A stretch of DNA of 64,000 nucleotides, taken from contig OX442314.1 of the NCBI GenBank assembly GCA_949358305.1, positions 20,398,001 to 20,462,000 of the forward strand. Direction: 5' to 3'. The notes under the pieces were generated by a model. The model did no database searches. It was not told the origin of the DNA and saw only the letters and a list, made by a program, of their open reading frames with translations. Positions 23,401-35,400 of this stretch are shown one piece after another. Each line of letters opens with the position of its first letter. The first letter of the stretch is position 1. The translations under genes were made by a program, and so were the position numbers. Origin of the DNA: Strigamia acuminata (Eukaryota).

Positions 23401-26400
23401 AGTGGTTTCTTCTTTGCAACTCGAAATCCATATCCCATTTCCTGGAGTCTGCGCCTTGTTAATTTTTCAGATACAGGCTTTTTGATTATATCAATCCATT
23501 TAGCCGTTATTTTTCTGGCAGAATCTTTCTTGGATTTCTTCACAAGACTTCTGAGGATGTTGTCTTCTGTCTTTTTTGTATGGCGTGGACGACCTGACCT
23601 TGATCTCACATTGCATTTTCCGGTTTCTTCTTGTGTTCTGATAATTCTGCCAACAGTGGAACGATGAATTCCTATTTGAGTTGCAATTTCTGCATTGGAA
23701 ATGCCTTGGGAATGCTTTTTGATTATTAATTTTCTCACTCCTAATTCAATAGGTGTGCATTTTGCAGCCATTGCATAAAAAGCTTATTCCTTACAAAATT
23801 AGTGAATGATAGGGAATCATGTGCAAATATGCAAATTAGTATACGATATATCACATGTATGGTCTATGCCAATTCCATAAATTGAGGGGAAAGAGAGTTT
23901 TAGCAGAAGTTGCAGGACTTTTGTACCAATTTTGTTGTGTTGCAGGACTTTTGTCTCTAGTGTAATTTTTATTTTTGTTTATTTTGTACTGAATAAAGAT
24001 GTTTTCAGCTGATGTTATAAAACAATTCTAGTCTAAAAAGATAGGGCTTTTCAATTTTTAAAGTGTTATTGCTCTAGCTGTCATGGTTTTTATGCTAGAT
24101 GCCATCAAAGTTTGAAGTAAGTGAAAAAATTGCTCTGTTGCAGGACTTTTGTCCGGGGGTTGTACTTGTACATTGCTTATCTAGTTATCTGATGACACCA
24201 ACACTCAACAACATGGCATCCATGTTGGTCTTGGTTCATTGGAAGAAAAAAATTGCTTTCAAAATGGAATTTTCTCATGTCAAGAGCAATAAAACCGTGC
24301 TAATTACTTCCACACACTATTGATATTTCATTGTAGTATCAAATGTAAAGAGAAATTTATTTTCCAATTCTATAATTGAAACGAGTTAAAATATTTGTCC
24401 AAACCTCACTTTATTGCATTTATTTATATAAATAATAACACCAGTGAATTAGAGATCAGTATTTAAAATATAAAATGAATAACAAAAAATAAATTAGAAT
24501 AAAAAACTATAAAATAAAACTTGGACGAGGTAAAATTAAAAAAAAGGTATAATATTTTAATTCAGCTGATCTCAAATTCGTCTTACAAATGAAAACCAAA
24601 ATCAAATTTTAATTTTTAAACATTTTTTCGAACAATTACAAAACTCTTGTAATTTTACTACGTAGATCGTACATGCTTTGTCGACTTGTAGTTAGTTCTT
24701 AATGCATATTCGAAGTTTCAGTATTAAATTCTTTTAAATCCGTCATGCTAAGTAACATGCTGGAAAAAAATATGTAAAAAAAAAAAATTCACCCTAAATA
24801 TCACTTAAAGTAGAGTTTGACCGATATCATGTCGGTATCGGCAAACTTTGCAGCTTTACATCTAAATGTTTAACTTTACATTACCCGTCGTGCAAAGTCA
24901 AAAGGTAATTACAAATTTACATGGATCCCTTAGATAAATTACATTTTTTACGTTAACAGTTTATTTTGGCAAAAATCTTTATGCAAATAGACTGTGTACG
25001 GTATCCGTGTTTAATTTTAAAATATGACTTTTCAAATATACCGGCATTGGCCAATACTTACGAAGACAATATTGGAGTCAGCCGATATCGGATAATTATG
25101 GTATTGGTCAAACCCTAACTTAATATAAGTAAATAACCCAAGTTGGGGAGCGACCAGCATGAACCAAGGATAACATGGACACGTATTCGTGTGTTATTTC
25201 CTATTGATTCGTTGTTCTGTGCGCTGATTGGATCACGTGTCAAGCATTGCTTGCCAACTAAGCATGTTTGTTACCTGGTGTCATCCCAGAATACAGTGTG
25301 GCTACATATTATGTGGCAAAACGCACTGAACATGTGGATACGTGTCCATGTTATCCTTGGTTTATGCTATCAGTAAGTTCCAGCATACTGGTTACTAAGT
25401 AATGGTAACGCCCCAACCATAAAAGCAATAACAAATGTGTGTCAATCATGTAAAATCCTTTTTAGAGCTTCTAAATTAGACCATTAGTGAATAATAAAAA
25501 AAAAAAAAAAACTTACATTTTCTATTTGCAACCATTTTAATTTAAGCCTAAAACATGCACTTTAATTATCGAAAATGATTTTTTTAAATTAATTAATTAA
25601 TTAATTAAAAAAAATTAATTAATTACAAAATTAATCACAAATTGGAAAGAGGACGCAAATCCAAAGTGGAAGTCGTTTCCAAATACCCCTACTGAAAAAC
25701 TCTTACTGGTCTACAATTATCCTGTCATAAAAGAATAATGAAAATAATCCATCATAACCTTTCCTTTACCACGTTAACATGCTAAAAATATCCGAATAAA
25801 ATGAAAATCCCATGAAAAAAAAAGAAAAAAGAAAAACACCACTCGAATGGGCGAGTTGTTTACATGCCATAATAGAATTCAGTGGAAGCTACTAAATACG
25901 TGTAGGCATATCATATATTTTTCCTGCGAAAATATTCCACACGATCTAGAATTTCCACATAATTTTGGCATGTAACCGAGAATGCCACTTCTCTCATTAA
26001 ATCCCATTTCCACAAAGTCTTACCTTGGGTTGTGAGAAGGCCCCGTGCAGCAGACGATTTCAATTTTGCCCTCCAGATGTCGTGATTGTGCATACTCCAT
26101 AAACGCGCTGATGGGGTTTTTGTTGAGAGCAGCAAAGGTATCACTGTTTAAAATGGCTGCCATGTTCTCCATGGCTCCAGGGTCTATTAAAATAGAAGTA
26201 AAAAGAAAAAAACAATAAAACGAGGAAAAAAATATTTTAAAATGATTTCATGACAAAATGTGTACACATTGCAGCTCAGCAGTTCCCTATCTTTTCTCCC
26301 GAGTTGGTATTCACTAATTTCATTGACAATAGTGACCATGTAAATATCAAGTCGAATTGTGTTGTGGGTAAAATGAAAACGCATGCGCATTCCAAAAATT

Positions 26401-29400
26401 ACATAATTATATACGGATTGGGTTCACTATAGTATTGATTTGTTACCCACCACCAAGACAATCAAAAAGCCTGTTAGACCAAGTAAAACTAAAACCACAA
26501 AACACAATTCACCAACACTTGATTTCATTTTCCTTCCCTTTGATCTGACGTAAAACAATTCAATTGCGCGCGCTAAAACATCAGTCTAGAGTAATGCAGT
26601 GTTAGCATCTGGAATATACTCCAGTGGCTTTCTCTGAACTTACAAACCCAAAGATTCTTACTTAATTACCGAGCATTTCCTCGGAGACAAAACGCTAATT
26701 TTAGTGCTTGCCTAAGAAATAGGTATCTCTAACCGGTTGCAATAGTTGCGTTGGCCGGGTAACGAGCACACATCTCGCGGTCAACTGCCCACACAAAAAC
26801 AACAACAAAAAAAGGTACAGAAATAGTAGGCGCAATCATAAAGTCAGGTTTAACTTTCAGTTAAAAATGTGTTGCTGTTTAAATGTCGTGCAAAAATGCC
26901 CACTGCGACTGAAAGCACACTAAATTGGACCCCATTTTTGAAGTTCAAAACAAGAAGTTTAGACTTAATATCATTTGCCTCTACAGACCTACGAGTCTTC
27001 GGTCATTGATGTCGCGAAGTGGCGAGTTAAAATCGAGAATATTTCTTCAAAGTTTAGACCATAGCACCATAAAATGTAAAAACAAACTGCAGCTCTACCT
27101 CGAGCACCTATTTTTCATCTTTACACTCTCACGATTGCAAATTTCCATTACATAATTAAAACTTTAGCGGCTGAGAATCAATCAATTGTATTAAGTTATA
27201 TTCACACTGGCAGTAAAAATAGCTACACGGTAACTTAGCAGCATGCGCCTTCAGCTAGCCAATGAAATTAGATTATGTTGTCACATGTTCAATACCGGTA
27301 TTCAAAAGCTTTTATGTATGGAAAAATAGTCTCACATTATCATTCAGTGTTATTGCTGTGTTCTAGCCACTGCTTGTGGAAACTGCTGTAAACAAACTCG
27401 TTTCTGTATCTACTACTTCATAAAAATGTATTTTTGGGTTTCTTCCGTCTAACTCTAATGTTTTTTACTCATAAATTTTAAAATAGTGCCTAGTTAAAAG
27501 ATATTTACGCACAAGCCACAAAGTATGGTCTCTTTTCGTATTATACAAATAATGGCATCGTGCATAATTTCATTTATTCATACGTTTATATTCCACTTAG
27601 TTAAACGAAGTTTTATGTGAGCTTAATACCAATATTACAAGCTCGTATCTCATTTATAAACCAGGATTGATTAAACTTTAACTGTCCAACCTCCATAAGT
27701 AATAAATGACCATAAGAAACCCAGATTTTGCAAGATCCCTATCGAGTTAAAGTAAGGAAGCTCAAGATCCCTGACATCCCTCTGTATTGATAGATAAAAT
27801 GATTACTTTTACAATACTTCGCAAACTGATTAAATTGAAATAATAAGTAGATTTATTCTCTCTGCAAGACGGGTCCCAGAAATGTGTCCTTATGGACATT
27901 ACTGGGTGTAGGTTAGGTCCCAACAAACCTGTCTGGACAGAGTACATTGTAATTAATAATTGTCCACGACACCAAATACCAAACAATTGCTGATAATCCA
28001 GATTGATACTATATGGGCATCGTGAGACTCTTATTTAAGATATCAAGTCTTCAAAATGTAATTTGCGGAAGATAAATGACTTCTGCTCGCGATTGAACGC
28101 CCTTACAATTCCGTCTCTTTAATTTACTTTTAAAAACACGCCAGACATAAACCATATTTATATTTTTCAGCACTATGCTCTGCACAATTCCATTTCCTCC
28201 AATGCCAAATAAAATTTGGCACCCACACTGACGTAATTGTCACCACACAACTGGGGCATCAACATTTGCAGGAAACAAACGAAAGGGGGAAAATAATAAT
28301 CGTAATCACATTAATAATTCACCAAGAATCTTAACTTAAAAAAAAGTCAATACAAAAAAAGCAGGAAGTGAATGGGGCAAAATTTAAAAAAAAAAAAAAA
28401 AATTCGATATAAAAAAAATACCACAATAACCCCCGACATAGGAAACTAAAATATAAATAAAGAGGAAGAAAAAATGAAAAGAAATTTCAGCAGAGATGAA
28501 AAGCAACCCAATACACCTGCAATGCTAGTCTAGACTCGTCGAAGGAGTTGACTGCAAGAGAAAAATCAATGAAACCAAAAAGGAAAAGAAAAGGGAAAAA
28601 ATAACTGAAAAAAAAAACAAACCAGCAAAATGAAGGAATAGAAAAAAAAAATCAAACCAGACACATGTCCGTGGTACCCAAATAACCCATTATTCTATGT
28701 AAAGAATAAATTTAGATGTCTCGAATTGATTAAAAATTTGTTGAGGGTGCAATCATGTCAGTAGGGTGGATAAATGCTAAAGGTTAATGGATTGACACAG
28801 CAACAAAAAAATTATTTATTAACATTTTCTTTTAATGCTTAAGCATTGTGCTGTGGTATAGGACTAATTCAATTTATCACCGCACATTGTCAGCACTCTT
28901 TTTTCAAATTCTTGTGACACTTTTATGTCATATCCATTCTCTACACGGGGTAGAATTCACGAGACTAAAATTGGGTAGAAAGGTTTAATAACAAACTGAA
29001 TAAAATTAGCAAAAGGGAAGAAACTCTTTAGTTCACTAGCTCTGGCACTAGACTCAATCGATTTTCACAAAAATGGAATCGAAGTGTGAAAACAAGCAAA
29101 TTGAAAATGCCAAGTTGTAACAAAAATAAGACCATTTCGGTGTTGTTGACACGGTGTCTTTAAGAATAATCATTGCAACGGCGGAAACAGTGAGAAATCG
29201 GTACGAGTTTCACAAATTCCTTCGCTATAATTCAACGCCATTTCGTTTCATTTCACCTTTTCGTCTGTATTTTTCAAACAGCAACACAAAAGGCAGTTAT
29301 GTATGCGAATTAATGGCTAGTCATATTTGGTGATAGCTTTTCATCCCACTAGATGGCAGTAAGATGCCAAATCCCACGTCTGGCCACCATTGATTTTCTT

Positions 29401-32400
29401 CTGTACGTTAGACAGAAACTGAATTTCGTCTAATTGCTGTGTCAATGCTACTCCAATCTGCATTTTCCCTCAAACATTCCATTTAGAGTTAAGGAATTTC
29501 GCCATTGTAAACAAGTATCGCTATGATGCATTGACCGGATCTAATTTGGGACACCATTTTGGCACATTCCAGTCTCGCTTTTCCTCTTATTCGTATTTAT
29601 TGCGCGGAGCAAATACATAATATTTGAAATTTATCTCTTTATGCCACAAACATGCACTTTTAAGTTTCGGGTTAAAAATCACCTGTGTGGCGTTGCGGAT
29701 CAGATATGAAGTGCACCCAACCCCAACATTGGACTAAGCCATCTTTTACACAAAAAAAAAACATCACATATTTATCACGCAGCATTTTTTGAGTCTCCGC
29801 ACAAGAGTGTGCTTATGCATGCACATAAAAATGTTTACAATTCTAAATATTTAATACTAAAAAAAAAATGCAGCAAAAGTGCAACGTGTCTTTTGTAAAA
29901 TTGCATTTCCATTAAAAAAAAAACAATAACTGATAAACAGAAACATTTTCCAACTTTTTGAACAAAAATATTCAATTCATTGTCCAAGCTAACAAGATTT
30001 TGGTTCTCATCGTGATTTACCCATGTAACACTCACAAAATGATAGCCAAGTCAATTATGATGTCCCCTAATTCACTAATAAGATAATTACCCTCATAAAA
30101 AATCATTAATCAATGTTTAAAACGAATTCGACAGCTTCAAATGGAAATAGCCACATCAGATCACATGTGGATAATGCAATGTATTTGTTTTCAACATTCG
30201 AATCAGTTCTTAATTGTCAATAGAGAATTGGACCTCAGCCAGACTTTCTACCACTAAGATCTGAGAAGTGGATCCAAATTTTAATCCAGTAAAGCCATCA
30301 TATCAATTTTTAAAAAAAAAAAAAAGAAAATTCACTTTTTTATCCCTAATAATAATTGCTTTCCCTTTTAAAAGGTAATAAAAACCTAACAAAAATTAAT
30401 ATTCTAATCAATAAAAAAAAATAATAAAAAAAAAAAATTAAAATAAGAAAAATAAGAAAATCTATAGTGTCTAACGTCTTGCGTTAAATGGCTCGATTTA
30501 CTTCTCGGACATCATTACAACACCATAAGACGAGCTGTTACAGCACATTATTTATAATAGAAGCATTTAAACAAGTTCAGCTAAGGACAAATGACCTAAG
30601 AACTTCCTATTTCAAATTCGTTAATAATGCATATTGGTATGTGCAGATGCTTATTTGGCCAAATGAGCTAAAAGCTTCGTTTTAAGAACTGTTAGATGTT
30701 ACACTTTGAACCAACCATGCCACGCCTAAAAGACCACCATTTATAAATAAACAAAAAGTTGTTCCACGCCCCCATTTTCCTTTAGAAATTTAAGAATTCT
30801 AAAAAAAATAAAACAAAATTAGTAACATCTCTCTTGAGAACGTTAAATAAATTAGCAAGTCCGTTTCATATTCACGTTCCTCTATCTATCTAGCCAACAA
30901 TCAATACTACAATATTCATACGATAACTTGCCATATCTTGCCTAGCTACCCGAAGCAATGAAAAAAAAAGTAACAAAAATTCCCAAACAGAAATAACAGT
31001 CAGAGAAGTAAAAACGGAAACCCAATCAATACACCAATATTGATTATGCGATGACTCCCAGCCAACTGCATCTCGTGATATTTATAACCCGCATTGGCAT
31101 GAATATGCAAACGCAAATGTTATTAAACACTGTCAATTCACACCGAGACTGCCGTTTGATATAATATCAACACCAGACACGAAAACTCCATCTTTTCCCA
31201 ATCCATAGGGTACGACCCTAAAGAGAAGCCATCCAGACAACCGTTGTCAAACATTTCACCATTCAAAAGCGAATACAACGCTAAATAATTCAGCTAGATC
31301 AATTGGCAGCTGTGAAATAGTGGCTAAAGTACATTACCAAGATTGTCTCGGATAGTTAGGATTGGTTTAATGTCTGGCCAAAACAGGCCTCTAAAGAAAG
31401 GATGTGCCATCACATCACCTTCCTGGTAGTCTCTTATCAGTGAGTTATCTGCAACTCACAATGTGTTAATCAAGATATTGGGGCATACTGCCATACTTCC
31501 TTTTCAGAGAAGAGAATAGTGACATTAAATATTTCGTAGGTAAAAAAGCGTAGACTACACCTGAAGGAAAATGTAGTGGAGTGCAGAAATCAATGGATTA
31601 AAGTAGAAATCAATTTTTTGATCAGGTAAATAAATCAATTGGTTGTTTCGATTGTGCACAGTCGCATTAAAGGTAAAGTTCAAGGCTCATAAAATGTTAG
31701 AAAAGTCATCTACTCGTAATAAAATTGATCCTTTTGTGAATGTTGTAAATGTCACGTAGAAACCTTCCCCGATACAGTCGCTACTTCGCTAGCAAGTGAA
31801 AGCAAGTTTTTTAGCCTAAAAGCTAATTTTAGTAGTAAGGTATTTGCTTTCGTATTCATCGAGCTGACAAAGCAAAGTGAGAATAGAATTGACTCGTTAC
31901 TTACTGGTCACACTGTTGTCAGTTTGTCAGGTGGAGTGTGAGTTTTAATGATACCCACATAAATGAAAGAATAGTTATTACGCAATAAAAATGAGAGAGA
32001 GAGAATAAAAAAAAAAAGAGCAACAAACCAAGAATTCTACGTGTGAGTTGCAAAAGTGGCACGTTTTCTTTTGCAGGACTCTCACCGTCTGCGTTAGCAC
32101 TAGATTCAGCACTGTTTCCATTGGTGCAGGTGCTTGCCTCTCTCGCTGCGTCCAATTTAGCATTGTCCGGATCCCGGTTTGCTATTTTCTGCAGCTGTTG
32201 GAAGAAAGGGTTGAGCTGGTCTCGAGAAGACGAAGAATTGGATGTAGTGGCCATGCCCAGATGCTTATTGGCCGAGTCCCTCATCTCTTCTATCGAATTG
32301 AGTTCGGTCTCCGAGAAAGGATGCAAAGTATTTAACGGAGTGGCGGGAGCCACGTTCCCCAGTGACCACAATGCAGGTTTGATGGAGACCTTGCTCACAA

Positions 32401-35400
32401 GACCCTGGCGCTTTAAGTAATACAGAGCCCGATTGACGGCCTTTTTGTTTGGCAGCGAGAAAGCTCGGGCCATCTCCAGGGCGGACACAGTTTTCTTGGC
32501 CGACTTTCCCATTTGTTCCAGGACCATTTCTCTCATTTCTTGATCGGTGTAAGTCGGCCCGGCGTCCCCTGCTGCTGCCACTCCGTTCGCCGCCGCTGCC
32601 AGATTATTGGTCGAACACGCCGATTCGGGAGTAGACGGTAAGAGTGTGGTAGGACTGCCCACCTCAGTCCCACCATTGTTCGTGCTTACCGTCTCGTCCG
32701 TCTCCGATTCCACTTTGATTAGTGACTGCACGCTGTTCAGTGACGTAGTCGATGTGGTGTAGCCCAGGGCGAAATCCGCCGATTTCACTTCGTCAGGAGA
32801 AGAAGTTTCGTTTCTTTCACCTCCGCTGGCTTGCAAGCCGTTGAATTCGATCTTCTTGGCCAGGCCAGTATCTTCGTTGGCGATAGCCCACATGGGTGGC
32901 ACATCTTGCATCTTCTGAACGCGTCCTTGTCGCAGTAAGCTGTACAAAACTGGATTTATGTCTTTCTTGCTGCGAAGACCGACGTCGAGGGCCAGTTGAT
33001 CTACCTCGATAGGTCTATCTAATTCAGCCAGGCGGGCCAGAAGCCGTTGAGCGAGGAGAGTGGGGTCCATTCCACCACTGGAGAGAGGTCTATCCATGCT
33101 CCCATTACCGGTGCCACTGCTTCCGTCACCGGTGGCGCGATCGGCCACATAAAGCTCGTTGAGCCGTTCCAGCAGCGAGATTGACGAATCTTGTACTGCC
33201 TCCCACAAAGGAGGAGTATCCTGTACCTTCTTGACCAGACCCTTGAGTTGGAGCTCGTAAAGATAGGGGTTGGCGTCTTTCTTGCTGTGGAAGCCCAGCG
33301 CTTTGGCCAGTTCTGTGGCGCACATCGCACCTGCAAATACACATTTTCATTTAATTCATTTAATTTATTCAACTTTATTTAAAGAAATAAAGAAATAAAG
33401 AACAATTACAAATTTGTAGCAGTTTCAATCAAATTACTCGCTGCAGTTAAAGAACAATGAACAAAATTGCAACATTCACTGCGAATTTCAAATGGCATCA
33501 ATCAACTAACAGATTGGCGGAATTTATAATTTCCAGTACTTTTCCACGACTAACTGCGCTACAAATGCTTGTTCCGTGCATCTTTTATGAGCTTTCTCAA
33601 AACTTCATCTCACCTTGAGTTGAGAGCATTTGCAAAATGGAATTATTCACATCCAATGAGGATAGACCCGTTGGCGCATCCGTCGAACTTGGACTACCAT
33701 CCAGTACGTCTCCATTAACTGAGGAATCCTTGTCATTGTCCCATCCAAACTCCTTCAAATAAAAATACCAAAAATTAGAATTATTATCACCATTAATTAA
33801 ACGCACAAATTGCTTTTCACACTATTAATTTAGCTCTCGACTATTTCTTTACTATAAAATCACGACAGTCAGTTCCGGTGCTTAACGAAACGCTTATAGA
33901 ACTTATTGTAATTACTAAACTTGATGGATCCTCCAAGTCATAAATGATGAAATGTTGGTTAGTGTGTCATAAAAGAGCAAAATTGTTACTGCAACAACAT
34001 CAATTTTGTGTTGAATCACCATTTCATTTGCAGTTCTAGAAAAGTAGCCAATTAGATTTTTTTTTTTGGTTTAAATTTTCTATTGAATTCAGCATCTTAT
34101 TATTTTTTTCCATTCTGAATACAGCAGCGAGTTTCGAATACCCATGTCACATCGTTGGTTGATAAAATTGCGTTGCGCAAGCCCAATGAGAGTGAAAAAA
34201 AAACTCATTTTACTCTTACCTATTATCTCAACGGTACACAAACAATTTTTCACTATTAAAAAAACCCCTTTTATACCACGCGAAAAACATATTCTTCGTT
34301 AAGGTTCATTGTTCACTTTCGCCTGGCCCGCACAGTCTAAGCCTATTCTATCGGGCCGAGACGATTCAACTCGGAGGTGTAGACCACGCTTCAGACAACA
34401 GCGAGAGCAATTCAGGATAAATTGCAGCACTTTGTTGTTTTCCGTTTAAAACCAGAAATTTTTGAAAATTCCTCTTTCCCTCTTGCATACTCGCATTATC
34501 GATCAGTTTCAGCCCCGTGTCCACCAGTGCCAAAATTCTCGACTAGTGACGCCGCCGAACCACTCCACTCGCTCAACCAACAAATAAAAACAATCAAACA
34601 CACCACAAATAATAAGCGAAATCACGCATGTATTTTTCACTACCAACACCAGAAACGACCGAGTTAAAGAGAGGGAAAAAATGTCTTTTAATTCATAATT
34701 AATTTTTAAAAACAGGATGTGTATGACCATAAACTCAAATTTGTTCTTTGACCACCATTAAATTATTTATTCATTTCACAAGAGCAACACTTTGAACTCT
34801 CACATCTTCATGAATGTAAAATTACACCTACTGTATAAACATCTACTTGAATTTTAAATCGGAAAAATTAAAAACCAAATTACAAAATCAAATTTGACCA
34901 CAACACAACCAAAATACAAATCCATTCTCCATTTTATTACGGTTTGACCTTCACACTAACATTATTTCGGAGTATAAAAATCTTTTTCTTTAATACTTCC
35001 GTGTCAATGTTAACCAGAACCACCCACTAAAGGTGGTTGCTTTTGTCCAGACTACAATACTAACAACAAAGAAAAATCTGGTTTGTTTGTACTTTTAACC
35101 GCCAAAACACAAATATTTCAAACGAATCGCGGCAGCCATTTTGAACCCGCTCAACAGCAGCAGGTCGTCAATCGTGCCAAACCAGTGGCATAAACAATCA
35201 TCCTGCATTCAGAAACCCCTCACGACCCCGGGCCCAGATAAAAAATAATAGAGAACCCATTCAAAACAACGAATTTCGAAATGTCAAATACGCACACATG
35301 AATAGTATTTATTTTAAAAATGTACGGCGGAATTGTCAAATATTTTCTATTTTATGGATTTTTTTATTTTTTTTTTTTTTTAGAATTTTCTCAATTTCTC

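Noticed and set aside
26563..26573. GCGCGCGC tract as a Z-forming site for the Z-alpha domains
   Set aside because: Too short and isolated; no clear enrichment of alternating purine-pyrimidine runs was seen in the introns.
29346..29360. CTCF-like motif CCACTAGATGGCAG (similar motifs near 20363, 37908 and 47160)
   Set aside because: Short motif matches cannot be supported without ChIP data or conservation.
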